This document shows positions 17,639 to 27,018 of a stretch of 64,000 nt of DNA, one piece after another. Both the position numbers and the translations under genes were made by a program. Source of the DNA: Candidatus Latescibacterota bacterium (GTDB taxonomy: Bacteria; Latescibacterota; UBA2968; GCA-2709665); the NCBI GenBank assembly GCA_965219455.1, contig OZ244744.1:4000001-4064000 (forward strand). Reading direction: 5' to 3'. The first letter of the stretch is position 1. Each line of letters starts with the position of its first letter. The notes below the pieces were generated by a model that was given only the letters and a program-made list of their open reading frames with translations, had not been told where the DNA came from and searched no databases.

Positions 17639-18442
17639 ATGAATCGTGATCCCGTAGTTGAGGAAGTTCATCGGACCAGGCAGAAACTCTTGAATGGGTG
17701 CAGCGGCGATCTCGACCGGTTGTTGGACCGCGTGAAAGCTGGCGAAAAAAACCACCACAATCTCGTGGTCACGAATTCTCCGCTGCCCGTAAAGACCTAC
17801 GTGATGAAGGAGACCGAGTCGTTAGTTCGCTCGATATTGGGGACAGTCCCATTGTTCGGCACGACACTGAACGAGGCATTTTTCGACCTGCGTGCCCGGC
17901 TCAAGCATGAGCGTCTCGAAAGATTCATAGAGGATCTGGCGAAAAATGTACATTCTCTTGAAACAGAAAAAATCGATACCGGTTATATTCACAGCGAAGA
18001 GTTCGTCGATTTTCTTGAAGACGTGCTAATTCGAGCCACGAAAATCAGAGCGGATGAAAAGCGGGAAAAACTCGCGGCAGTGCTCGCCGCCCGAATTCAG
18101 GATGGAGAAGGTACGCCCTTCGACGATCGCTTCCTGGATCTGTTGATATCGTTGACCGAGATGCAGATCCGCATTTTGGATGAGCATCTTCGCGCTGCCG
18201 AAAGACGAGACGAATCGAACAAGGGAATCTCTGAGGCGAGCAGAGAGCATCGCCAACCGGGCTACTATGAGATTTCGGATTCGAATTACCGGTTCCTGGT
18301 CCAAGATTTACTTGCCAGGTCACTCTTGTATACTCATAGGGCAGGCCGTGGAGACCTTGGTCCACTTCAATTCCTGGAGGTAACCGAACTCGGGGAAGCG
18401 TTTGTGCGATTCTTGGAAAAAGGCACTGCTCATGCGCTTTGA
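17639..18442 (+). CDS. Hypothetical protein, Abi-alpha/DUF4393-like
   Basis: GTVPLFG..L.E...RL.RF..DL...SEEF..F.E...RA....DEKR..LA pattern and a wHTH-like end TELGEAFVRF; RBS GGAGGT; alternative start at 17804. Confidence 0.5.
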   Translation: MNRDPVVEEVHRTRQKLLNGCSGDLDRLLDRVKAGEKNHHNLVVTNSPLPVKTYVMKETESLVRSILGTVPLFGTTLNEAFFDLRARLKHERLERFIEDLAKNVHSLETEKIDTGYIHSEEFVDFLEDVLIRATKIRADEKREKLAAVLAARIQDGEGTPFDDRFLDLLISLTEMQIRILDEHLRAAERRDESNKGISEASREHRQPGYYEISDSNYRFLVQDLLARSLLYTHRAGRGDLGPLQFLEVTELGEAFVRFLEKGTAHAL

Positions 18443-18659
18443 AGAATACATTGAAATCCGACCGGGTGTACGTGCCGGTAAGCCCTGCTTTAAGGGTACC
18501 CGTATAACCATCTATGATGTCCTGGAATACCTGGCTGGTGAAATGACCGAGGATGATCTTTTGGACGATTTCCCGGACTTGACGCCGCATCATATCCGCG
18601 CTGCGCGGGCCTATTCCGACGCTCAAAAACAATGGATTGCGACGGATTCTACACGCTAA
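18432..18659 (+). CDS. DUF433 antitoxin-like protein (orphan)
   Basis: GKPCFKGTRITIYDVLEYLA.....LL.DFP.L..I.AA..Y. Confidence 0.85.
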   Translation: MRFEEYIEIRPGVRAGKPCFKGTRITIYDVLEYLAGEMTEDDLLDDFPDLTPHHIRAARAYSDAQKQWIATDSTR

Positions 18660-18914
18660 TCTTTCCTCTCAGGGATGGTTGATACCCTCTACGTAATTGT
18701 CTCTGGCGAAGAACAAAATCCGTTTATCGGCTGTCGTGGCATATAGCAATCAAGGCGAAGTTTAATACGGTTAGGCATCTATCTTAGCAGCGAGAATTTC
18801 TACCCTAAGATGAAGAAGAAATACCGTCATTTATATATGAATCGGAACAACGTCAAGAATTTAGTGAAATTTGTTGGGTTGAGTTTTACTCCATCCAGTT
18901 AAAGGATCTGAGAA

Positions 18915-19165
18915 ATGGACGCTGTTCTGACGATAGCCCAAATATACACGCAGTTTGCATCTGAATGGGTCCTCATCGAATCCCCACAGCCCAATAAGGC
19001 CCTTGAAGTGCAGTGCGGGACGGTTCTCTGGCACAGCAGAGATCGGGAGGAGGTCTATCGCCAAGCGGTGGAATTGCGACCTGAACGGTTTCCCATTCTA
19101 TCCACATCAGGGCTTGATCATCGTTCGCGCCGAGTTGTGGGGGAGGGGCGGTAGTCCTGTCTGGA
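18915..19165 (+). pseudogene. Deleted second copy of the DUF5678/retropepsin pair
   Basis: MDAVLTIAQI... matches the 13495 ORF, then jumps directly to FPFYPHQGLIIVRAELWG (protease N-terminus) and is truncated. Confidence 0.8.
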
Positions 19166-19188
19166 GTCTAACAACCCGGAGCAACGAA

Positions 19189-19473
19189 ATGCCCGTAACA
19201 GAACATAAGGCCAGCGACTACCTAAAAACACCAGAGGACGCCGCCGCCTATCTGAATGCGGCGATTGAGGAAATGGGCGACGATCCACGCTTGCTTATGA
19301 ATGCGTTTCGTAACGTTGCCGAGGCGCGGGGTGGTGTGTCCGAGCTTGCACGCCAGGCCAAGTTGGATCGAGTGGCCCTTTCCCGAGCTCTGTCTGGTCG
19401 ACGAAATCCACGGCTCGATACACTCGCAAAAGTGTCCGCGGCCTGCGGGATCAAGTTTCGTTCTACAGCCTGA
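19189..19473 (+). CDS. Addiction module antidote, copy 3
   Basis: Homolog of 11904-12188 with many third-position changes. Confidence 0.82.
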   Translation: MPVTEHKASDYLKTPEDAAAYLNAAIEEMGDDPRLLMNAFRNVAEARGGVSELARQAKLDRVALSRALSGRRNPRLDTLAKVSAACGIKFRSTA

Positions 19474-19854
19474 GCGAGGTCTCGTAGTCGCACAGCTTGT
19501 TTATCGCGTCTGCTTGAGACGTCATCGCGACGAAGACTCCTTGTGTCTATTGGTCTTGCAACAAACACTGCGGGTCCTTGGTTTCGCGTTGTTGAGATAT
19601 CTTTGGTTGAACATCCAGTAAGCCAATACAACTCCAGATAAACGAGATCGGATCAGGTCATTCACTTGCCAGAAAATGGATAGGAGCGAGCTTCTTAGTT
19701 GATTGCGAAATGTTGAAGTTTTGTTGTGTCTCTCGACACCCTAAATAACATTGCGTAATTCCTGATTTAAATGATTGATTTTTTTAATTATAAACTTACG
19801 CGTGCAGTCGATAGAGACGTAGACGTTTAATAAATAAAGCACTGTGACATTCTT

Positions 19855-21384
19855 ATGGAACCAATCATTAATGCGCTTACCGAAGTTGGTCCCTCTCGTA
19901 CAGAACGTCTTGTAGAGAACCTGACCCAATCGATGGGTATCTCTACAGCAGCAGCCCGCCAACGCCTGTCAAGGGCACGGGCTCCAGTTGCACGTATGCA
20001 AAGACTCTTGCCAAGACGTGAAGCCTTCTTCTATCTGGATGACCAAATCAATACTGAGTATTTTTGGAAAAACCTCATATGTGATCTCCGTGAAACGGGA
20101 AGCATATATGCCTGCGCTATCGACGGGCTCGACGCGCGAGGCGGCGTTGTACCAACGGATGAATTCGCCGTGGTGAGCGGCGCGCCAATTGCATTAAAGA
20201 AGCAGATATCCGCAAGCCGCGTGGCCGAACGGCTTGTCGAACTTGGTGTAATCCAAAATCAAGAAATCGTCCACCTAGGTGACTGTTACGTCGCCAAACC
20301 CAATGCGTTGATTCGGAGACTGAAGACGGTCCACATAATGGCACGTCGGCTTACCGAAGGTGTCCTACTGGACGGCCTTCGCGAATGGGCGTGGAAGAAT
20401 GGGATTGGCAGCCGCAACACCATAACTATCCGAGGTGAAACCCAGCACCGCATGGTGGGCCAGTTCAAATGGGATCTGAACGGACCGAGCTATCTGACTT
20501 CCCTAAGGCGCGAAAACACTCGGCACGGCTTTGTTGTAGCCGATGTGTTCGCCGATGGCGAATTGGATGTTCCACAAATCCAGTATTTCATTCGGAAAGT
20601 GAAGACCTACCAGAAAACCTCGAACAGTGGTCCACTTTTCCCGATCTTAATGGCCAAGAGCTATACAGGTGATGCTATGACCGAGGGCCACAAGTTTGGA
20701 CTGATGTTATCGACACCGAAGAGCCTTTTTGGATCTCTGGTAGGGCAGGCCCTCACTGACTTGATGTCTACCTTAACAAACGTCTCGACTATTGCTTCAG
20801 TCAGCGATAGAGATTTATACAGTCTGCTCGAACGCCTTACTGAAATAGAAGGTAGGGGCGGAAATCTTCGGGGTATACTGTTTGAACTGATCTCAGGTTA
20901 TATTGCTACGCGTGAATTCGGCGGAAGAATTGATCTTGGCGTCTACCACATTCATCGTGAAACTGGCGAAAAAGCCGATCTAGATGTGGTTTGCGTTGAG
21001 GATTACGATTCAGTACATGTAATCGAGTGCAAGGGCAAGGTTCCAGGTGGGTACGTATCGCTCCAAGAGGTGAATAAATGGCTTAATAAGCTTCCGGTCA
21101 TGCAGGACTACGTGGCCGTGCAGGAAAATTTACGCGAATACCAACAGACCTACGAGTTTTGGACCAGCGGCATCTTCGAGGACGACGCGCTCGAAAAACT
21201 GGCCCATGAACGCAGTCTACGAAAAAAAAGGCCGATTGTCTGGAGGGATGGTGTCGCCGTACGGAAGATCGCGGCGCAACGCAGACTCAGGACTATCGGA
21301 GATGCCTTAGACCAGCACTTTCTGCAACATCCCCTAGCGAAGTCGAAACAAGGTCTCACCCGCTACAACTCAGACAGTAGATGA
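19855..21384 (+). CDS. Hypothetical protein with C-terminal PD-(D/E)XK (Mrr-like) nuclease domain
   Basis: GILFEL...DLDVVCV...HVIECKG; HTH-like N-terminus (ISTAAARQRLSR); AT-rich upstream region. Confidence 0.6.
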   Translation: MEPIINALTEVGPSRTERLVENLTQSMGISTAAARQRLSRARAPVARMQRLLPRREAFFYLDDQINTEYFWKNLICDLRETGSIYACAIDGLDARGGVVPTDEFAVVSGAPIALKKQISASRVAERLVELGVIQNQEIVHLGDCYVAKPNALIRRLKTVHIMARRLTEGVLLDGLREWAWKNGIGSRNTITIRGETQHRMVGQFKWDLNGPSYLTSLRRENTRHGFVVADVFADGELDVPQIQYFIRKVKTYQKTSNSGPLFPILMAKSYTGDAMTEGHKFGLMLSTPKSLFGSLVGQALTDLMSTLTNVSTIASVSDRDLYSLLERLTEIEGRGGNLRGILFELISGYIATREFGGRIDLGVYHIHRETGEKADLDVVCVEDYDSVHVIECKGKVPGGYVSLQEVNKWLNKLPVMQDYVAVQENLREYQQTYEFWTSGIFEDDALEKLAHERSLRKKRPIVWRDGVAVRKIAAQRRLRTIGDALDQHFLQHPLAKSKQGLTRYNSDSR

Positions 21385-21577
21385 AGCCATTGTGTCTTTG
21401 CGATTATACTTAGACCGGTTTGGTATTGAGAGCGCCTTGAGGGCGCAGTGCCCAAAATTGAACACCGTGCAAGCGTATTATTCTGGAGTTCGTCGTAATT
21501 GCACCTCCTGCGGGCGACCAGGCAAAGACCGTGTCGGCCGTTTTGTTTCGTGTTTTCCATTTCCGGAGGATTCCCCC

Positions 21578-23041
21578 ATGCTGGTCAACGGAATTCGGCA
21601 GTTGTTTCTGGATGACGAAGGGGTAGGGGAGACCTTCCGTGTTTCGCGGCATTACCACTCCCCGGTCAAATACGTTGGGAATCCCCTGCTGGTGGGAAAC
21701 GCGTTTCACGACGCGCGGGAAGGGGTTCGGTACGAAGAGGACCGGGTACCACGGGAGGGCGGTGTTGAGAAACTGAACGGTAACCTGACGCCCACGTCGG
21801 TGGTTCGCGCCCCCTCCGGGTTGTTTCAGATGTATTATCAGACGAAGCCGCCGGGGATCAGGGACCTCGGGTACGGAGGCGGGACGCCGGTGGTGGCATA
21901 CGCGGAGTCGCACAACGGGATTCACTGGCGGCTTCCGGCGCTGAATCGGGTCGAGATCAACGGAAGCAGGGAGAACAACGTCTTATTCGAGCCCCCCGGG
22001 TCGCTGCCATGCGTCGTGATCGACGACAACGAAGCAGACGACGCGCGCAGGTACAAGATGCTGTATTATCCCCACAACGTCAGCTTTTCGCCCGACGGCG
22101 TGTCGTGGTCCGACGTGGAGAATTTGCGCGTGCCCAGCCGGATCGGGCATTCCGACGGGTTGAACTGCCTGGCCGGATGGGATGCGGATATCGGGCGATA
22201 CGCGGCCTATTTTCGCCCGCAGATAGCCCGTCCGGGGGAGGAGATCGATCCGGAAGGTACCGCGATTCGATTGATTGCCCGCAGTGAAAGCGAGGATCTC
22301 AGGGAGTGGACGGAACTCGAGACGGTTCTGGCGCCGGACGGCGAGGACCCCGAGGGCACGGAATTTCAGACCATCGGGGTTTTCCAATACGAAGGGATGT
22401 ACGTGGGACTGCTGTGTGTACACGAAGGGTACGCCGAAGAGCGCCCGAAGCGGTTTCCGTACCGGCTGCCGAATTGGCCGGCGCACTCCGCGATGCTGGG
22501 CCGGTGCTATATCGAACTGGTGACGAGCCGGGACGGGATTCGCTGGAACCGGTCGGAGGGGCGCGTGCCGTTTCTGGATACGACTCCCGGCGGGCTGGAC
22601 TCCGGGATTGTCTGGCCCTCCAACTCGCCGGTGTCCGTGGGAGACGAACTCTGGTTCTATTACGGGATGAGTGTGCACGGCCACGGGTTGTCATACGTCA
22701 AGCTACCGGGCCTCGCCCGGCTGAGGCGAGACGGATTTGTGAGTCTGCGCGCCGGGGAGCAGGCCGGGTGGGTGGTGACGGCGCCGTTCGTCTGCCCCGG
22801 CGGACGCCTTTATGTGAACGCGGATGCCGTGGGCGGAGAGCTTTCGGCGTCCGTGATCGAACAGGATGGGTATCACGCGCCTGAATACGCCATGGTCCGG
22901 TGCGCCAGGCTCGACGGCGACGCGATAGCCCACCAGCTGACCTGGCTGGAGCGGGCGGATATGAACCCGCTGAAGGGAAAGGAAATCAGGTTGAAGTTCT
23001 ACCTCAGGCAGGCGGACCTGTTTTCATACTGGTTCGAGTAG
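21578..23041 (+). CDS. Five-bladed beta-propeller glycoside hydrolase-like protein (GH32/43-like)
   Basis: RQLFLDD, YAES.NGIHW, SPDGVSW, SRDGIRW, LRRDGFVS, ADLFSYWF; RBS GGAGGA before ATG 21578. Confidence 0.65.
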   Translation: MLVNGIRQLFLDDEGVGETFRVSRHYHSPVKYVGNPLLVGNAFHDAREGVRYEEDRVPREGGVEKLNGNLTPTSVVRAPSGLFQMYYQTKPPGIRDLGYGGGTPVVAYAESHNGIHWRLPALNRVEINGSRENNVLFEPPGSLPCVVIDDNEADDARRYKMLYYPHNVSFSPDGVSWSDVENLRVPSRIGHSDGLNCLAGWDADIGRYAAYFRPQIARPGEEIDPEGTAIRLIARSESEDLREWTELETVLAPDGEDPEGTEFQTIGVFQYEGMYVGLLCVHEGYAEERPKRFPYRLPNWPAHSAMLGRCYIELVTSRDGIRWNRSEGRVPFLDTTPGGLDSGIVWPSNSPVSVGDELWFYYGMSVHGHGLSYVKLPGLARLRRDGFVSLRAGEQAGWVVTAPFVCPGGRLYVNADAVGGELSASVIEQDGYHAPEYAMVRCARLDGDAIAHQLTWLERADMNPLKGKEIRLKFYLRQADLFSYWFE

Positions 23042-23073
23042 CCGTTTTCCCGATTCGGTGACGGCGGAAAGGA

Positions 23074-23610
23074 TTGATATTGAACCCGATATTCGTAACG
23101 ACGGCCGCGATGGTATTGACAATGGTTTTGGCAACGGGACCGGGTTTCGCGAAGGAATCGGCGGATGCGAGGGTCCTCGATAAGTGGCTTGGGGTCTGGA
23201 AGCATCACACCGTTGTCAGGCCCGCGGCCTGGTCGCTCATCGGTACCGAGCTTTCAGGTAGATCCAGGGTCGAATGGATTCTGAACGCACATTATCAACA
23301 GGTATCCAGCCGGAACGGCGAACAGGAGACACGCGAGATACACCGCTTTGACGCGAAGAGCGGCCAGTATCACAAGTGGGCGTTCGATTCTGACGGGGGA
23401 CACAGTTTCCGGGTGGGTACGTGGGACGAAAAAACCGGTACCATGACGTGGAAATACATGGACTTCGGTTTGGGCATCGAAGGAGAGATTGTGAATCGGT
23501 TTACCGGCGTCGGAGAATTTGAAACGACGCTGGTTTTGAAAGACGGCACGGGAAACGTGCTTCTGGATATCCGGTCTAAACATACCCGACTGGATGAGCA
23601 GCCTGATTAG
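23074..23610 (+). CDS. Exported beta-barrel protein, DUF1579-like
   Basis: Signal peptide ending GFA; LDKWLGVW and W.FDSDG...G.WD motifs; start uncertain. Confidence 0.5.
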   Translation: MILNPIFVTTAAMVLTMVLATGPGFAKESADARVLDKWLGVWKHHTVVRPAAWSLIGTELSGRSRVEWILNAHYQQVSSRNGEQETREIHRFDAKSGQYHKWAFDSDGGHSFRVGTWDEKTGTMTWKYMDFGLGIEGEIVNRFTGVGEFETTLVLKDGTGNVLLDIRSKHTRLDEQPD

Positions 23611-23685
23611 TCCCCGGCTCAAATATCAACTGGCTGTCCTTGTATTCGGGACGGTCCGCCGGCGGGCCGGGTTATCCGTCGGATG

Positions 23686-23744
23686 GGTGGCGTGTCGGCC
23701 CTTGCCCGTCCAGCAAACCTGGATCGGGTAGCCCTTTCCCGAGT
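23686..23744 (+). pseudogene. Fourth, fragmentary copy of the antidote gene
   Basis: Translates to GGVSALARPANLDRVALSR versus GGVSALARRAKLDRVALSR in copy 1. Confidence 0.7.
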
Positions 23745-23861
23745 TCATGCTTCGAAAATTCCGCTTGACATTGAACCATTTCGACACTTAAGTATGACTC
23801 GGAACATTCGGGTCATTTTTAATTCTCAACCTATTTGCCGGTGAATTCAAAGGAGGGTATC

Positions 23862-25184
23862 ATGAACTGTCGAAAATACGGGTTGCTGGTTGGAGGCACG
23901 CTCTTATTGGCCTTGCTGGCCTTGCCCGAAGCGGCTTTCGCCGGTCAGCCAAACGCCGGAGACACGGCCTGGGTCATCACGGCAACGGCGCTCGTGTTAT
24001 TCATGACCCTTCCCGGTCTCGCCATGTTTTACGCGGGCCTGGTTCCGTCGAAAAACGTGCTATCCATGTTCATGCAGTGTTTCGGGATCACCGCCCTGGT
24101 CACTGTGCTGTGGATCATCTACGGTTACAGCATTGTTTTTGATTCGACCGGCATGGTCGCAGGGGAACGCGGATTGCACGCATTTTTTGGCGGATTGGGC
24201 AAGGCATTCCTCATCGGCGTGACCCCCGATGCCCTGACGGGCACCATTCCGGAGCCGATTTTCGTCGCATTTCAGCTTACCTTTGCCATCATCACCCCGG
24301 CCCTGATGGTCGGCGCCTTCGCCGAACGCATGAAGTTTTCGGCCGCGTTGTGGTTTACCGGACTGTGGGTGACGGTGGTCTATTTCCCCATCGCCCACAT
24401 GGTCTGGGGAGGTGAGGGCTCCTTCTTCGGCGACATGGGGGTTTTCGACTTCGCCGGTGGCATCGTCGTGCACATGACCGCAGGATTTTCAGCCCTGATA
24501 GCGTGTATTGTCGTCGGCAAGCGCAAAATGCATCCGGGTCAGACTGCGCCGCCTCACAATATTCCCATGGTCCTGACCGGAAAGGCCATACTCTGGGTGG
24601 GCTGGTTCGGCTTCAACGGCGGCAGCGCGCTCGCCGCCAACGGCCAGGCCACGATGGCGCTGCTGGTCACCCAGATCTCACCCTCTCTCGCGGCTCTCAC
24701 CTGGATCGCCATCGAGTGGATTCGATACGGCAAACCCACTGCCGTCGGGTTTGCAACCGGCGCGATCGCCGGTCTTGCCGCGATTACGCCGGCATCCGGG
24801 ACCGTGGGTCCGATCGGCGCTTTGGTCATCGGCATAACCGCCGGGGCACTCTGCTATTATGCCTCTACCGTATTCAAGTCAAAAGTCGGCTACGATGATA
24901 GCCTGGACGTCGTGGGCGTCCATGGCGTCGGCGGTCTCACCGGCGTGATCCTGGTGGGAATCCTTGCGTCTTCCATGTTTGGCGGATCGGTAGTTGGCCT
25001 GGACATCGCGAACCAGTTGAAGGTCCAGATCTTTGCCGCCGTCGTCGTCGGCATCTATTCCATTGCGGTTTCTTTCATTCTACTGAAGATTGTCGACGCC
25101 ATCGTCGGGCTGCGCATCGACGATGAAGGGGAGGACACCGGCCTCGACGTCAGCGATCACGGCGAAACCGGCTACACCATTTAG
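23862..25184 (+). CDS. amtB: Ammonium transporter
   Basis: FQLTFAIIT, HMVWG, DFAGGIVVH, WFGFNGGS, DDSLDV.GVHG; RBS AGGAGG. Confidence 0.95.
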   Translation: MNCRKYGLLVGGTLLLALLALPEAAFAGQPNAGDTAWVITATALVLFMTLPGLAMFYAGLVPSKNVLSMFMQCFGITALVTVLWIIYGYSIVFDSTGMVAGERGLHAFFGGLGKAFLIGVTPDALTGTIPEPIFVAFQLTFAIITPALMVGAFAERMKFSAALWFTGLWVTVVYFPIAHMVWGGEGSFFGDMGVFDFAGGIVVHMTAGFSALIACIVVGKRKMHPGQTAPPHNIPMVLTGKAILWVGWFGFNGGSALAANGQATMALLVTQISPSLAALTWIAIEWIRYGKPTAVGFATGAIAGLAAITPASGTVGPIGALVIGITAGALCYYASTVFKSKVGYDDSLDVVGVHGVGGLTGVILVGILASSMFGGSVVGLDIANQLKVQIFAAVVVGIYSIAVSFILLKIVDAIVGLRIDDEGEDTGLDVSDHGETGYTI

Positions 25185-25506
25185 AGACGGGGGTGGGGCA
25201 GGAAACGGGCCCCGTGGCGGGCCGGCTTGTAGGCTATGAGCTTTCAGTAAACGTGTCCTTCCCGTCGTAATCCGGGTGAAAACTGGAGACCGGCGCGAAA
25301 ACCGCATTTCTTTTGCGACTTACGCCTTTGCAGTCGGTCGGAGGGGAGCGCCGGCCGCAGGAAGCCATTGGCTGGCAACTCGCCACGTTCGGACGGCCGA
25401 ATCCCGTCCCTGTCAGCCTATCCTCTCAGCAGGAATTCACGAAAGTATCGTCAACTTCCGGTCCCGGTGAGATCCATATCGGAATTCACCGGAATAGAAT
25501 GGAGGA

Positions 25507-26241
25507 ATGAAGAACATGGCAACTCGCACGTTCGTTATCGTCCTTACGCTGAGCCTGCTTGCCGGTCCCGCTTTTGCCCAGATAGGAAATGTCTCCGTTG
25601 AGGGCGGCGTGGATCTTGTCTCCCATTATATCTTCCGGGGCGTCGTCACCACGGACAAGCCCACCGCGCAGCCCTCTCTCACCGTCGGCTTCGGGGAATC
25701 CGGCGTCTCTTTCAACATCTGGGGTTCCGCCTCTCTTAAACAACGGAGCATTCAGGACGCGGGCGATGAACTCGACTTCACGTTGACGTACGACGGCAAT
25801 CTGGGAGAACAGTACGAAAACGTTGGGTTTACGGCGGGATATATCCAATACACCTTCCCGAGTGCAAAAAAACGCGAAAGAATCTCCGGGGAACTCTTCG
25901 CAGGCCTTAGCCTGGATGTTCCAGCATCCCCGTCCGTCACGCTTTACAGAGACTTCGGCCTTTTCGATTACTGGTATCTCAACGGCAGTATCGGTCATGA
26001 AGTCCAACTGACCCCGGAGGGCAACGTGTCCCTCGGTGTTTCCGGCGATATAGGATACAGTGACACCACCGAAAAGTTCGAATTCAACCACGTCGGCGCG
26101 TCGGTTTCACTGAGTGCAAGCCACAGCCTCTTCTCAGCCTCGGCGACCATCGGGATCATTCGCTGGATCGAAGACATCAACGAAGGCAGGGACGAGCAAA
26201 ACCAGGTCTGGGGCGGCGTCAGTGTGGGTTTTGCCTATTAG
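25507..26241 (+). CDS. TorF/Gcw_chp-family putative outer-membrane porin
   Basis: Signal peptide AFA; S.YIFRG..., ELD....Y, Y.YTFP motifs; aromatic C-terminus; located after amtB. Confidence 0.7.
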   Translation: MKNMATRTFVIVLTLSLLAGPAFAQIGNVSVEGGVDLVSHYIFRGVVTTDKPTAQPSLTVGFGESGVSFNIWGSASLKQRSIQDAGDELDFTLTYDGNLGEQYENVGFTAGYIQYTFPSAKKRERISGELFAGLSLDVPASPSVTLYRDFGLFDYWYLNGSIGHEVQLTPEGNVSLGVSGDIGYSDTTEKFEFNHVGASVSLSASHSLFSASATIGIIRWIEDINEGRDEQNQVWGGVSVGFAY

Positions 26242-26303
26242 CAGCGCACGATCGGCTGTTTATCGGTCGCATCCTGGTTTCTAACCGGCGTAGAGACGCC
26301 TTT

Positions 26304-26345
26304 GAGACGGCGTCGGGACGAGTAAAATCGTCCCGGCGTCGTTTT
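26304..26345 (+). terminator. Rho-independent terminator
   Basis: GACGGCGTCGGGACGA-GTAAAA-TCGTCCCGGCGTCGTT followed by T residues. Confidence 0.6.
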
Positions 26346-26691
26346 GGGTGAAATACGCCGGTGGCTCTACCCGACGACTAAATCGCATTTATTGCGTTCA
26401 CGAGCGCACGCAGCGCTGCGAGTGCGGCGGCTGCGCTTGCCGAAGCGAGGCAGGCGGATGAATGGTGACATTTTCCGGGACGGGGCACTGGGTATGCCTC
26501 TTGAGGAAAAGATGTAGCGCGGGCCTGCCGGAAGTTGGACTGACCGTGAATTCTGCCGGTTCGAACACTCGCCCGGGGGAGGCTTAGACGCGAAGAATCG
26601 CGGCCGCTCGGGCTTTTCTTTTTCGTACGTGTATGTTATATTCCAGAAAGAAATGCGCCTGCCGTTATGCCGTCGAACCATCGGAGGTGAT

Positions 26692-26943
26692 ATGACCAGC
26701 AATTCAGAACTGCTCAGCCGAATCACCGCTCGCCCGGATGTCTTTGGCGGAAAACCGATTATTCGCGATATGAGAATTTCGGTCGAGATTGTCCTGGGTC
26801 TAATGGCAAAGGGCGTAACGATTGATGCGATTTTGGACGATTACCCCGAACTCGAACCGGATGACATTCACGCCTGTGCTGCCTATGCGCACGCGGTCAT
26901 CGCCAGAGATTCACTGGACGCCATTGCGGTCGCGGATACGTGA
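26692..26943 (+). CDS. DUF433 antitoxin-like protein
   Basis: RITARPDVFGGKPIIRDMRISVE...YPELE.DDI.A..AY; RBS GGAGGT. Confidence 0.88.
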   Translation: MTSNSELLSRITARPDVFGGKPIIRDMRISVEIVLGLMAKGVTIDAILDDYPELEPDDIHACAAYAHAVIARDSLDAIAVADT

Positions 26944-26975
26944 GATTTCTCGTCGATAGGTGCGTTGGCCGCCGA
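26940..26975 (+). pseudogene. Stub of DUF5615 PIN-like toxin
   Basis: GTGA overlap with DUF433; MRFLVDRCVGRR is a typical DUF5615 start, after which similarity is lost. Confidence 0.6.
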
Positions 26976-27018
26976 GGCGTCTGGAGCCCCGTCTCCCAAA
27001 ACGACAAAGGAGGAAACC

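Noticed and set aside
19166-19188. GTCTAAC as an attC core, implying an integron cassette array
   Set aside because: It aligns with the 3' end of the RelE toxin gene; no matching GTTRRRY-ended attC hairpins recur between cargo genes.
26520-26580. tRNA-like GGTTCGAAC motif
   Set aside because: Flanks do not form a T-stem or acceptor stem.
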